64,000 nucleotides of DNA from Massalongia carnosa (GCA_965645245.1 OZ287075.1:1674001-1738000); one strand, 5' to 3'; shown: positions 37,855 to 51,489, numbered from the stretch's first letter. Numbers and translations: made by a program. The notes: generated by a model from the letters alone, not told the origin.

Positions 37855-39680
37855 TCATTGATTATGACGCTGGTAAAACAGCTTTGCTTGCCTGGGCATC
37901 GATCGAGCGATGCGTTTATACCTTTTGTCCAGGGCTATCTGCTTCTTTTCAGCAGCTAGTTGGGCCCGTTCATAGGCCAGCCTGGTCATTTCCACCTCAT
38001 TCTGACAGCGTTTTGAGGTTTTGGCTCGTACGTCCCCCACGGTTTATGACCCATCCCTTCTGGGCGACCTTTCCATCCAGTTTTTTACGGGCCGCCTTTG
38101 CGACGGATTTTTGATGATTGGCCAGAAGGTCCCGTTCAACAATCTGACGTGCATGAGCGCTGGAAATGGAATCCTTCACAATTCGCCTCACATGACGCTC
38201 CCATTCGTTGTCCAGCACCTTGTATTTGGCCAGACTCATACGGGGACGCATACCGTATTCAACCACCTCTTTAGTCGTACGGGGCGTTCTGGCGAGCAAT
38301 GGGGCTGACGAAGGTGGGGGCGGGGTAGCAGGTCTTCGGGTCTGAATGGCCTCCAATACCACATCGGGATTGTAAGGCACACCAAACCCGTGTATCTGAA
38401 TGACGATAATATAGTGGCCGAGGTGAATGTTTGATTTCGCATGCGCTGAAAAATCGACAAAAAGTCGAGTTTGTCGAAATCTGCGCCTCCGAATCGTACC
38501 AGTTCGTCAATGCCTTCGAAATGATAATGTTTAAATGGCTGAAAACAAACTACATCCAATGGCTGAAAACAAACTACATCCAATGGCTGAAAACAAACTA
38601 CATCCAATGGCTGAAAACAAACTACATCCAATGGCTGAAAACAAACTACATCCAATGGCTGAAAACAAACTACATCCAATGGCTGAAAACAAACTACATC
38701 CAATGGCTGAAAACAAACTACATCCAATGGCTGAGTGAGATGTGTTGAATGAGGCGGCAAACGAAACAATTCACTCTGATTTCGTTTGGCATATGTAAAG
38801 AACTCGTATGTCATATGAGATCCATATCCGTCCATAATCAACATACGCCAGGCACCTACCTGACCCTTTCGACTGTGTTTATCAAAATGTTTCAGCCAAT
38901 CAATGGCCAAGTCATCATTGGAATAGCCGGTAGGACTAGGAGTCAACAAAACATCGTCATTCAGGTCGTTCTGCTGCGCCCATTTTTCGAGAATCAAAAC
39001 CCCCGCGATAATCACCATTAGGGGAATGTCTCGACCACCAGCACTAATACACTCACAGGAGGTGACGTATTCTCTGTTGTCTGGGTCTGTCAACAACAGA
39101 GGCTTTCTGGAATGACCTGACACCACCCAATGAGCCCTGCCACAGCCAATTCGAAAGCCCGTTTCATCCATGTTCCAAACATCCTCGTCCACTATTCCCC
39201 GCGCCTCGCGCGCAGCCCGATATGCCTCGAAATATTCACGTATGTCCTTTGCATTGTGCGCGTGTTTTCGCTCGGCCGCCAGAGGTTTTTGTTTTCGTTT
39301 GAAGAACTGAGGATTGCGATTGAGGAAAAGTTTGGTCAAAGAATTGCTGACGATGGGGGGGGGGGGAGTGAAGGCGTCTAAATGGGCTTCTCGAAGTAGA
39401 TAATTGGCAGCTCCACGAACCATTGGAAATCTGGCTGGTTGTTCAGCTTGATCGAGCATTCGAATGTAATCACAAATAGCCAATTCCTGTCCATCAGATA
39501 ACGCCTTTTTGGGGGTAGTTCGCCAAATGCGCGAACCTCCTCCAGCAAGTCGTCTTTGAAGAGTACGAACGTCCACGTCAAATCAATGGCTGCTGCACGT
39601 ATACTTCGAAATTCACCCGTGTCCCACGCGTTTATAGCGTCAAAAATTCGATCCTCCTTATTAGAATATGAATTAGTCAT
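37855..39680 (-). pseudogene. Frameshifted pogo/Fot1 DDD transposase (HTH + CENP-B-like HTH + DDE_1)
   Basis: SIRAAA..DVRTLQRRL, WNMDETGFRIG, GYSNDD, MLIMDGYGSH, PPHSTHLTQPLD. Frameshifts near 39580, 38380 and 38040. Confidence 0.9.
38534..38734. repeat. Perfect 24-bp tandem repeat x8.4 (AATGGCTGAAAACAAACTACATCC), coding QPLDVVCF on the minus strand
   Basis: Eight identical units from 38534 to 38725 plus a 9-nt partial unit; no spacers. Confidence 0.97.
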
Positions 39681-40005
39681 GGTAGTGGTGGATGAACGAC
39701 GTGGTGGAAATGATAGTAAAAATGGGAAAAGTGCGTCAGTAGGCTGAATGCGTCAGTAGGGTGATGGGCATTAGACCCTGACTCGGTTGGGTTTAGTGTT
39801 TTGGCACGATTAGTTTGTGTAAAACTTGGTTTTTCAGTCTCGACCTTAGTTGTCCGGCCGTTCAACGAGACAGTATATAACCTCAATCAGGAGCAGACTG
39901 CATAATGTGATTATGTTCTCTACCTACGGCTCTAAAGAGTATATATCGATAATCTAGCGCAGCTGCGGAAACTTTACTCATGTCCGAGTTCATTATAGAG
40001 CAATT

Positions 40006-41119
40006 ATGAGATGGACCCTTCGCTTCGCTCTGACCGCCTCCATTCTCCTCGTCCTTCTCCTCCTACTTCTAAAGCGACACCTAGAAGATCTCTGGGATCA
40101 ATACAATGTCCCCGCCTACCTCCGCAGCTCTCTTAAGAGCTCCTTTCGTCATGGCAGTCTCGAATATCCTCCCCCAATACCCGGAAAGACCGGCGATAAA
40201 ATCATTGTGATGGCGAAACTGGAAAAAGAAGATACAGACTGGGTCGTAAAGAACCTTCCAGAGTGTGCTACTCTAGAGCATCTACACAGATCTTTGTTGA
40301 CTGTCCCTTGAAAGAACTAATACCTTCATTCCGCACTAGCTGGCAGCAAGCAATCTACACGGTCAACCCTACCGACCCCACGGCCCTCACTACCCCGCTG
40401 AACAAAGGCCATGAATCAATGGCTTACCTTAGCTACATAATCGACAACTACTACTCCCTTCCCGCCACCCTCGCGTTCTTGCACCCTCACCATGCTGGCT
40501 TTCTCACTGCCTGGCACACCGATACGCCCCTTCATGACAACGTCCACGCCCTGCGCGCCCTTCAACTCCCCTACGTGCAAGAAAATGGCTACGTGAACCT
40601 CCGCTGCAACTGGAATCCAGGGTGTTTGGAGGCGCATAGGAATAACGAGCATGTCACGGCTGTAGTGTGGAAGGAAGTTTTTGGGGGCACGTCTACCTTT
40701 CAGCAATATTCAAATCATTCCGCTGCATCCTCCTCCGGGGGTAAACCCTTGAATATTCCTGCCCAGGTCGGCGCGGCATGTTGTGCGCAGTTCGCCGTTT
40801 CGCGAGAACGAGTCCTACAGCGGCCGTTGGGCGATTACGAGCGGTTTCGCCAGTGGGTCATCGATACGGACAAGAGCGATGCGCAAAGCGGGCGGGTGAT
40901 GGAGTTTTTGTGGCACGTCATTTTCGGCATGGATGCTGTATAGTGAGTTTTTCTCGAACCTTTGTCATTTTGCCCTTAAATGCTTGTATTCAGGGTAAGG
41001 GAAGAAAGCAGGAAGAGCATTTGTGCTGACAATCACGTTCGAAAAGCTGTCCACCAGAAGAAGTCTGCTATTGCAAGGTATACGGGCAATGCAAGAGTAC
41101 CGTAGCTAGGACTTCTTGA
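40006..41119 (+). CDS. DUF3431-family type II membrane protein, 3 exons
   Basis: N-terminal TM, KIIVMAK...EDTDW, AIYTV, NKGHESMAYLSYIIDNY, FLH.H...AWH.D, GYVNLRC.W.PGC, CCAQFAVSR, SGRVME.LWH.IFG, and a last exon YCP....CYC.VYG.C. Confidence 0.9.
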
Positions 41120-41537
41120 GTTTACCTAATACCATCGTAACGAGTGTTTGAAAACGTGTAGCAAATCCAAATTAGACATGCCCTAGGTATTCAACGACTA
41201 TTTTTATAGTTCTTCGGGAACAGTTTTCCTGCTTTATCGTCGATGCGAACATCCGATCAGCATCGTTGGAATGGTAATATTTCGGAACCTTCATCCTTAC
41301 CTGATGGAGCTTTCCATCTCCGGCGAGCTCCCCGAATGCCGAGTACAATATTCCTCATCCAACAACAGTTCAATACCTCTAACAAAAAACGTCCAACTCG
41401 TAGGTCTTTATAAATACCCTCTGGATATCTATGACTCCCATTATGAACTGTCCAGTGAGTTAGAAAAACACTTCCAATGATGCGGTCTCGGGATCCAAGA
41501 ACCCATCTTCCGTAGCAATCTCACGCATTCTTTTAGC

Positions 41538-43879
41538 CTACAGGGTTTCAAAAAACCCGTCGACGCGATCCACCAAGTCCGCCTTTCGTCCATTAACATC
41601 CAAGCTCTTGGCTGCGAGCCAGTTCTTTAGCTCCATGACCGTGAGCTTCACATTCCCTCCTCTCAAGTGATCAGTCTCTTATTCTTTGAATAAATAGTTC
41701 GGAGCCATGAAATATAAAAAGACAAAATAAAATTTATGCAAATGCAAAACAAGTACAGGAGAAACGAACCTTCTTGACGCTCTTTTTATCAAATAGCTTC
41801 TTCATCTCCGCGTCATTGAGCAGAGCATCGTCCGCACCCACCTCGGTCTTTGTTTTCTTGCTGCGCACGGAAAGCTCCTCAGAAGAGGCTGGTGCAGGGC
41901 GTTTCCCAAGGGCGGAAGTGGAGGAGGTACGCGCGCGGTTGTCCTTCTCCCAGGCAGCGTGTTGGGCGTGGAGCTCGGTGCCCCAGTCTATGGCGTAAGG
42001 ACCTGCTCGCTAGTGGAGGGGGGTGGTTTTAGTTGGGAAGGATTATAAGGTGTACTTGGAAGGAAAAATGGTGGAAGGGGATATTTACCTTGTCGATTTG
42101 CCTGTATTTAGGAATTGTCTTATCGTCTGGTTTTTCGGGGAGGTCTTCTTCAAGGGCCATGGCTTGGAGGATGCGGTAATGCCATTGGAGGGCTTTTCGA
42201 TGAAATAGTCTTAGTTTCGTAATTAGATGAAGCCCGGTCAAAAGATAACTTACAAGGGTTTGGATATCTTGAGGGATCGTAGACAGCTTTTGGGAGTTGT
42301 AACTGCTGGACCACTTCTCGCATCCGGTCTATGAGCGGTTCGGGTGCTCGAATCAAAGTTGTTTCGGGGTTCTGCCGTACATCATCCGCAAAAGGGAGGG
42401 GTACGATCCAAAGTCCAGGAGGCATCACTTGCGCGCCAAATTCGTCCAATTTCTCCGCTCCAGGAATGATTGCTGCAATCTGTGGCGTTGCATTTTTCCT
42501 AGCAACATACCATGCCACGCCCATTTTATCATCGTCCAGAAGCTTCTTCTGAAGCGCCGCGAATACACGTGTAGATCCTACGTAGTCATCCTCGGAAGGG
42601 TAGATGAACGTTGAAGGTCTAAGATTGGCCCAAAACGGTAGCATGGACATCGGTTTGAACCCAATTATTCGGATTCCCGGACCTCCAAAGTGGCGTAATG
42701 CAGTTACTTCTTCGGGAGTGAAGGTGATTTGCTCCCCACCGAATTTATACGCTTTCTTGATTTCTACTTTCTCCACCGTCCGCGCTGTATCATCGGCCAT
42801 CTGTGTCGTGACTCCGGTAGCTATCTGAGCCTTCTCGCCATTAAGCCATATAAAACAACTACGTTTTGGTTCTTGCCGTTTGAAAATTATATAGCCTCGC
42901 ACAGAGATCTTGAAACCAGGACCAATCTCGAGGGGGAGGTTTGAGAAAAGGGCTCGCTTTGCGACAGCTTTTGAGTTGATCGAGGAGAGTAAGGATGTTA
43001 GCAGGGAGATCCCATCATGGGTGGCGGATGGAACAATAGTTCCGGATATTGGTGCTGGCGCCTCAGGGTCAGAAGGCGAGGGATTATATATGATGTCCTA
43101 TGACTCTTCAGTTTTCCTTCTGTCACCAACGTACGTCCTATGTATCATACGTCATAGAAATTTCCCCGATCAAACTCATGACCAGGTTTTGAAATTGGGA
43201 ACAGTTCAATCATCACACCAAGATCGTAGAGATCTTTAGCCCGGACTGCTGCAGATGACTTCAAGGCTTTTTCGTTTGTATGGGGATCATCATTGTCCGT
43301 AACGATAAACACCCGCCGAGATGAGAAATTAGGGGCTCTAGTAGTGAAGATTTGATTTGCGCAGAAAAGTACATTAGCCATGGCCACTGGCTCTTTCGAT
43401 GGCTTGAGTAGCTTCTGAGACTCTTCTTCGTCATCTGCCAAGGCCTTCAATGCCTTCACATCCTCAGCTGCTGGGATATCAAGGTCGGTTAGGAGATAGC
43501 AATGTGGGTATGCAAGACTCCCCCGAGATTGCTCTCCTCCTTGAAACTTGGTTTCTTCGGTACCATACAAGAGCACACCCATCATATCATTCGGATTCGA
43601 TATAATGCGCTGTTGCATTAATGCGTAAGCACATTTTAACGCCGCTGAGGTAGCAGAATCTGTGTTAGCTTTCTTTGAAGCTGATGGTGGTGGAGGCGCT
43701 AGCATTGACGGGCTGACTTCAATGACGAAAAGTACGGCATCCTTAACTGCCTTGTAAGCCTAGATATTATGAGCTCTGCTCAATCCTCAAAATTGACTCA
43801 TAAATGTCCCTACTGTTTCGTCGAGCTCTTCCTCTTCCTCATCCTCCTCCTCTCGTTTCCACCGATTTTCTTCTGCCAT
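41538..43879 (-). CDS. KU70: NHEJ DNA end-binding subunit Ku70, multi-exon
   Basis: [95 protein letters not shown] and a C-terminal SAP-like [10 protein letters not shown]...KADLVDRV. Confidence 0.96.
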
Positions 43880-44205
43880 AATAAATCTATTAAGTAGATG
43901 CTTAATCAGATGAACTCATTAGTCTTTAAGATCTTAATCCATTGTACTGAAGCACAAAGGGAAGTTTTGATCATGATCGTAACCAGCCTTATAGGCCGTC
44001 GTTAATTACCAGCGCCAGGCAGATGTGAAGCGCGATGTTAGCTTACACGAAATCACATGACTTAAAAGCACCTGCAGCCGTCTTTAAAGACCTTTATACT
44101 AAGAATATGATGACATACCTTTAAACATTAAGGTCATAAACCGATAATTAACCTCTCCGACATATGTTCCACCGAATCTACCATTCTACGCAAAACTTTG
44201 CTGAC

Positions 44206-45638
<1,433 letters not shown>

Positions 45639-47014
45639 GATATCAATCGAGTATTAAAAAACCAACAGTCTAATCCCAGGGTAACATAGAGCTTTAAACG
45701 TTCAGTCATAAAATGATTAGAACTCAGCCTGTGTGGGGGTTTTACAAACCTCCGGTGCTATTACAGCGTGTTACCTAAATAGATGCACTAACTTGCCTGA
45801 TTAATTCGATCTCGGAGATTCTAATTATAAGATAGGACGACTACCAAATTTATTTGATATCTCCCATATTTCCACACCTTTTAAGAAAGAAATTGTCTGA
45901 ATCGCATTACCAGCCTAGCACCAATATGAGTTTGGCTTATATCCCAGTCTGGATCTGTGTGCCAGGTTAGATGGCATTTCCGCTGACGAGATAGCTTCTC
46001 GCAACCCCATGGGACAGCCGAGTTGATGTTGCTTTATATTTTTTAGGCCTACAAAGCAACTTGAATTTCGTTCTTTGGTGATCTTCCATTTGTATCGGAT
46101 GCGTTTCCTTATTGCTCCTAATAGAAATTTTTCGCTTGCGCTTGAACTTGACCTTTCCAATGTCATTTTAGAATGCCATAAATCATCAGAATCTAGGCTT
46201 TGTTGTTGTATTATGTTTATTGTCTTTATGCAACCTTCCGTTATGAAAGACTTAATCGATTAAGTATAAGGTGAACATTAGAATGCTTTGACCTACAAAC
46301 ACAATAGTGTAACTCCCACTTTGGTTAAAATTTTAGAACACACAGTTGTAATAAATTATTTTGGATGCCCCAAACTTTCCTTCTCCTATCGGAGCTCAGC
46401 AGTTTCGTTGCAGGGAAAAGACCAGGTCCTTCGATGGATCTCTCTACTAAGCATTTATCAAAGTAATCTCAATTGTGATAAGACTAAAGAAACGAGCGAC
46501 GTGCGAGAATTGGGAGATTTGGTGAGGTATCGGTTTTCATAGATTCTACCTATACAGCCATCGCGACAAATCAAGGGTAAATGCGGCGAGATATCACCCA
46601 AGGTACGATGGCTGGCCAACGAACAAAGCATTCGTGACCGGTGGAATTGCAAATGGAGAGCTGTCGCATTCATGCATGGCATTAAGACAATAAAGAGCAG
46701 GCATGAAAGGCGTTTCATGCGGCGTTCCTGTCAAAACCAAGAACAGGGGCTTCAAGAGTCTGCTGCGAGGACTGGGTTCAGCGATTTGCGACCTGGCGAT
46801 AATTGACCGCAGATGATAGGTATATAGCTGCTAAAATCGATTCATACGAAATTTACTAACTGCTACTTGATGGTTGCCGGTTGTAACTTCATGGGTTAAT
46901 ACCAATACGCTATCAACAGCTTTTTAGAAGACTCGGTTTTTTGCAATCGCTGGTGCTTGGCGCAGTAGCCGGCTCACCATTTTGGATCGTCCGGTTACGC
47001 TCCAGCTTGTAGAA

Positions 47015-47179
47015 AGCAATGCCAGTTGAACCAGTGGTTTGTAGCGCTATGTGTCCGGTAGGTGTCTGATCTTTGTAACCCAAGTAACTTGACCACGACA
47101 GTTTGGTCCAGACGTAAAACCCCGATTACCTACACGAAACAAAACGCAAAGGTCGTGGATTCGATTCCCACCACTACCA
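47015..47179 (+). tRNA. Degenerate tRNA-like sequence with long intron (possible pseudo-tRNA, anticodon perhaps CCG)
   Basis: The 3' half ACGCA-AAGGTC-GTGGA-TTCGATT-CCCAC-CACTACC-A has the geometry of an anticodon-stem 3' strand, variable loop, T-arm and acceptor strand. The 5' half matches only with several transitions. Confidence 0.35.
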
Positions 47180-48089
47180 CATGATGCTACTAAGGAGGAG
47201 GATAATTATGAGTTTGCTCTATCTGTGAAAGTATAAGGTCTCTTTAGATTTTCCTATTCCGTATACTTTTCCTAAAGACACAGTAGAGGTTGAAGACGAT
47301 TCGATACAAATTCGTGCTCGGGAATGATCCTAGGTCTCGAGGATCTGCTGTGATAATGCAACAGAGAAAACCGTCTCACGCATAAGCGACAATAACTACT
47401 ACAGAAGCGGCACATAAACCAATGTTCAAATTTTCGCCTAAGAACGTTTGGATTAAATATCTTTTCACGGCGACTCAAACTCTACATCAAGTTTTTCATT
47501 GTTCCTCAATGTGCAACGTCCCTCGATCACCTATCTTTAGCCTTAATTACGTCTCATAAAGGAGCGAATCGGGGATTGAACGAAGCAATCGCCGCAGCAC
47601 ATATGCTTAAGAGGCTCAAGAGGCTTATCGACCCCAAAACTTCGACCACACCTTTCTCATTCCACAAGGATCGAACCCGCAGAACCAATTCACATACGAT
47701 CCAGTCATTGGAGGCCTCCTTCCTCATATATTTAAGTTTCATCTAGGACCATACTCTTCTATACATGATCGCTTTCCTTAATCGTATCAGTTTATAATGC
47801 GAAGATTAAGACTATTGAGAAAAATTTTTACATGCATGGCTATGAGTACAATATTACGCTGTTGATAGTATTTCCGCTATCTACCTTAATTTTAATAAGG
47901 TCAACACATCGACATAGCTTGGCTTTTCCATTCCCTATTCACTCATTACGGAGTGTTGAGCCTGAAAATTTCCGTTGCGGGCCTACTATTTATGGTTATT
48001 ACTATAGGAGGTTTAGGCTGGCTTTCTCCTAAATAGTCTTACTAATGTCCATATATTATATCTTTAAGAGATTCCCAGCATCCTCACAT

Positions 48090-48840
48090 TAACATTAGTT
48101 CCTATAGCTTTCAGCGGTGTATGTCCTCATTAGTTTGATATGAGGTCTTAAGTAGTGCAGAGTTTTGATAGCTGCTTATATCAACATGGGCCAAATTGGA
48201 TGGGAGATGAGCTCAGGCTGGCGTTGGATTCTGATCATCGAAGGCCTTCTGACCGCCTTATGGGCATTGCATCAAACTGTTTTATTCTGGATTGACCGGA
48301 GCAGACACCAATTTTAGATAGCAACGAAAAACTGCCATAAATACATTGATGTAAAGCAAACTCTGAAGTCGGTTAGATCGATACATATACCAAACTCACG
48401 GTGATATGGACTAGGATTATTATATATTACTACCTCACTCTCAAGCCTAAATGCCATTAGTTCCCGACTATAGCGTCGCCATATGTTTGGTTGCTCGTCG
48501 TAACTAACGAATTTATCTTGCCATTGCTACGACTTCTGTTTTGTCGGGATGCTATTTGCAACCATCGCAGACGGCGTACTCATTACGGAGCCCTACGGAG
48601 CCCTTCGTGCTGACTGCGTCTAGATTGCGCCCAAGATTGGAGATCATCACAAGCGTGCGTGGCTTCGCAAGCACAGTATAGTACTCTGTGCTCTGTAAGA
48701 TATTGGCGGCTTCATTAGCTCTATATATTTCATCTCAAAGGGGAAAACGAAGTACCTATCTGACAGACTACGGAACGGCCCTTGCACGCCTTGCCCTTGT
48801 AGTGTAAGCGGGATGGAACAAACTTTGTTGCTAGTTATCC
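48090..48840 (+). pseudogene. Relic of an MFS anion:cation symporter (Dal5/Tna1-like) gene
   Basis: Fragments AFSG|intron, GWRWILIIEGLLT (~48225-48255), DHHKRA and IGGFISSIYF, interrupted by stops and frameshifts. Confidence 0.6.
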
Positions 48841-48876
48841 ATTTATTTGTGACGATACCTCAGACGTGCCCGGTTA

Positions 48877-49475
48877 AGCCCCTTCGGGTTAGCTCTACAG
48901 AACGTTAAGCCCCTTCGGGTTAACAGGCTGACTACGCAGTAGCAAGTCTGAGCCCAAAACTCAAGATTACGGTCAGATATGGCTTAACGATCATGACAAG
49001 AACGATTTCGACCTTATAGAACAACGTCACAACTTCACAACTTCATTGTTTTCATGTTTGTAACATCGTCGTCGCTTGATATGATCATGATCAATGTATT
49101 TTTGATTTTTTCGTTATAAATTTCAATCTTTATTTATGTTTATAACGTGCAGAGCAATTTTACATACATCTTGTTAAGTCGATTCTCGATTTCTATGCGA
49201 AGTGCAATCAGATTGCCCCACATGAACTTTACAACGAACAGGAATTTCAAGAAACTTTCTATACAAATTCTACTTGAATTCTTTCGTAGAAATAGCCCAT
49301 GTCAAACGAAAAAGCAAGACGTCAAAATGTCGAAAAATCGCAATAATACACGATTTATTACGAATATCTGACCGTAATATTTAGTTTTGCGCTCAGACGT
49401 GCTATCGCAGCCACGTTAGTCAGCTGGGACGCTAATCCGAAGGAGCTTAGCGAAATAGGCTAACCCGGAGGGGCT
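48877..49475. mobile_element. MITE/deleted DNA transposon, ~600 bp, with ~105-bp imperfect TIRs and a doubled terminal motif
   Basis: Left end: TAAGCCCCTTCGGGTTA twice, then GTCTGAGC.CAAAACT.AA.ATTACGGTCAGATAT (to 48980). The right end (49364-49477) is its reverse complement. TA on both flanks. Confidence 0.8.
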
Positions 49476-50120
49476 TAGATGCAAAGGAAAGGCTTTCCAT
49501 AGAAACAACTACGTTAGGGCTGATTCATCCGCTAGACTTATGCTTCTGTAATTTAAACATGTCAACTCGTAGACTGCCTAGGATAGCGGTTTCGACGGTA
49601 CGCTCCTTCATCGTTAGTAGGTTGGCAAACACCCCCATCGACGGAGTACCAATGTACAACATGCAGACGCTTATGCACATTCCTTCCGTATGAGCTGCCA
49701 TGTTTCTGACTCTGAAGGAATATGGGAAGATGGAAGATGGGGTATGGTCCATTAAGGCGCGCATCCCTGACTGGGGATCGCCGACACGGCACGATTTCGC
49801 TCTGGCAGAGAACTGGTGAGACGTGATCAACCCCCCACCATTTACCAATGGCAAGAATATGATCTCATCTGGCTTTAAACGTGCTGTGAACAGTGCCGAT
49901 CGGGTTTTGTGCCGTGGATTACCTACTTCCCACACTTCAGTTCACGTAGCTCAGGATGCGAGGAACTCAAGACACGGAATCCCCAATCGGTGGAAACAAT
50001 AAGATGGTTACCAAAACAACTCTTCTTCAAAGTTTCACCGCAGCAGGACGATGAGCTGTTAAACCTCTTACTTTTTTGAACGCTCTTTTGCGCAGATCCC
50101 CAATATACCCATTGCTTGCC

Positions 50121-51489
50121 ATGGCTCCTGAGACACGGAGCATGAATGTTAAGATACCGAGCATTATTGCGCTGATTTTGCCACCACTATTCGTGATAGC
50201 TCGGCTGTGGATCAGGCTGGCTATGACCAGATTTTTCGGAATTGATGACTGGATGATATTGGCTTCATTGGTCTGCGCATCCAAGCTTCCAACTCTCAAG
50301 CCTTCCCTCTGGGCTATTACAGGCTCTTTATCTATCGAATGTAACGCAGCTGACAGTACTTTCAGTCATCATCCATTGTGATGTCCGCGGTGCTTCTCGT
50401 TGGTAGGTTCTTCTTGGGGGGCTACTGGTGTTTTGGTTTGCTAACAGGTAGGGAAGCTATCACCTACGGCTACGGCATGCATGTGAAGGATGTACCACCA
50501 GAAAACCTTGCCAATGCCTTGAGGGTAGGAAAAACCTTTAAAAAGCCGTCGCATCTAGATTGAACGGCTACTCACCAGATATTAATAGTATTATTGGTAT
50601 ATCCAAACTTTCTACAAGCTCAGCCTAAATCTTACCAAAGTCTCCATTCTCCTTCTCTACCTCCGAATCTTCACGCAAAAATGGTTCCGCATCTGCTGCT
50701 ACTTGGTGATTTCCCTAGTGGTCACATATGGCGTTGTTTCGCTATTCTATTCGTCCGTCTTTCAGTGTAGTCCTATCCAGAAGGCGTATCATAAAAAGCT
50801 CCCGGGTCATTGCATCGATGTTGTCAAAACATGGAAAGCAAACGCTGGGTTTTCCATTGCGAGCGATATTATCATTCTTGTTCTTCCCATGCCCGTCATT
50901 CGCTCGTTGCATATGTCGACGAAACATAGACTTTGGTTGGGTCTTTTGTTTGGCTTAGGATCATTGTAAGTGACGCTGCGTCTATTAGGAGCATACATTA
51001 ACTATATTTATAGTGTTCTCGTGGTCAGCTGTCTACGAGCGACGTTCTTGAACGCTTCCATCAATCCTGACGTAACATGTATACAGAAACCTCCCTTATC
51101 TAATTTAATAACACTGATCTACTCCTTCAGATAACACCGTGGTGATCATAGAATGGAGCATCATCGAACCCAACCTAGGCATCATCTGTGCCTGCATTCC
51201 CGTGATCCACCGCCCCTTTATCACCCTTGTCGTCAAATACTGGCCGCATGTACTCCAAAGGGGGGACACCATCTCACCGCAGTACGTACAACGCACGGCG
51301 CAAGGCTCGGTCACTGCCCCCGTAAATCACAACTCCTGGTATCCGCTGGAATCCTTTGAAGTAACGGAGCCCACGCGCATAACGAGCGTTCTTACACGAC
51401 CACAGGCTCACAAAGACGACGAGGAGTCGGTGACTAATTCAACTTCGACTAAGAAAACGACTGATATTAGTGTACATTATGACCGCTAG
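50121..51489 (+). CDS. PTH11-like (fungal rhodopsin-domain) seven-TM integral membrane protein, no CFEM; multi-exon
   Basis: ARLWIR...FGIDDW, YGYGMH, K.SILLLYLRIF, FQCSPI......PGHC, SD.IILVLPMP.I..L.M...R..L..LF.LG, WS..E.NLGIICAC.P. Confidence 0.9.

Larger units (their letters stand above)
37708..39810 (-). mobile_element. pogo/Fot1-type (Tc1/mariner superfamily) DNA transposon with ~110-bp bipartite inverted ends
   Basis: 37706-37817 and ~39706-39812 are inverted copies. TA flanks occur at both the outer ends (37706, 39811) and the inner ends (37751, 39772). Each end has a doubled CTACTGACGCA motif, and a transposase lies inside. Confidence 0.93.

Noticed and set aside
38534..38734. CRISPR-like array
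   Set aside because: The units are directly adjacent with no spacers, lie in frame within a eukaryotic transposase, and there are no cas genes.
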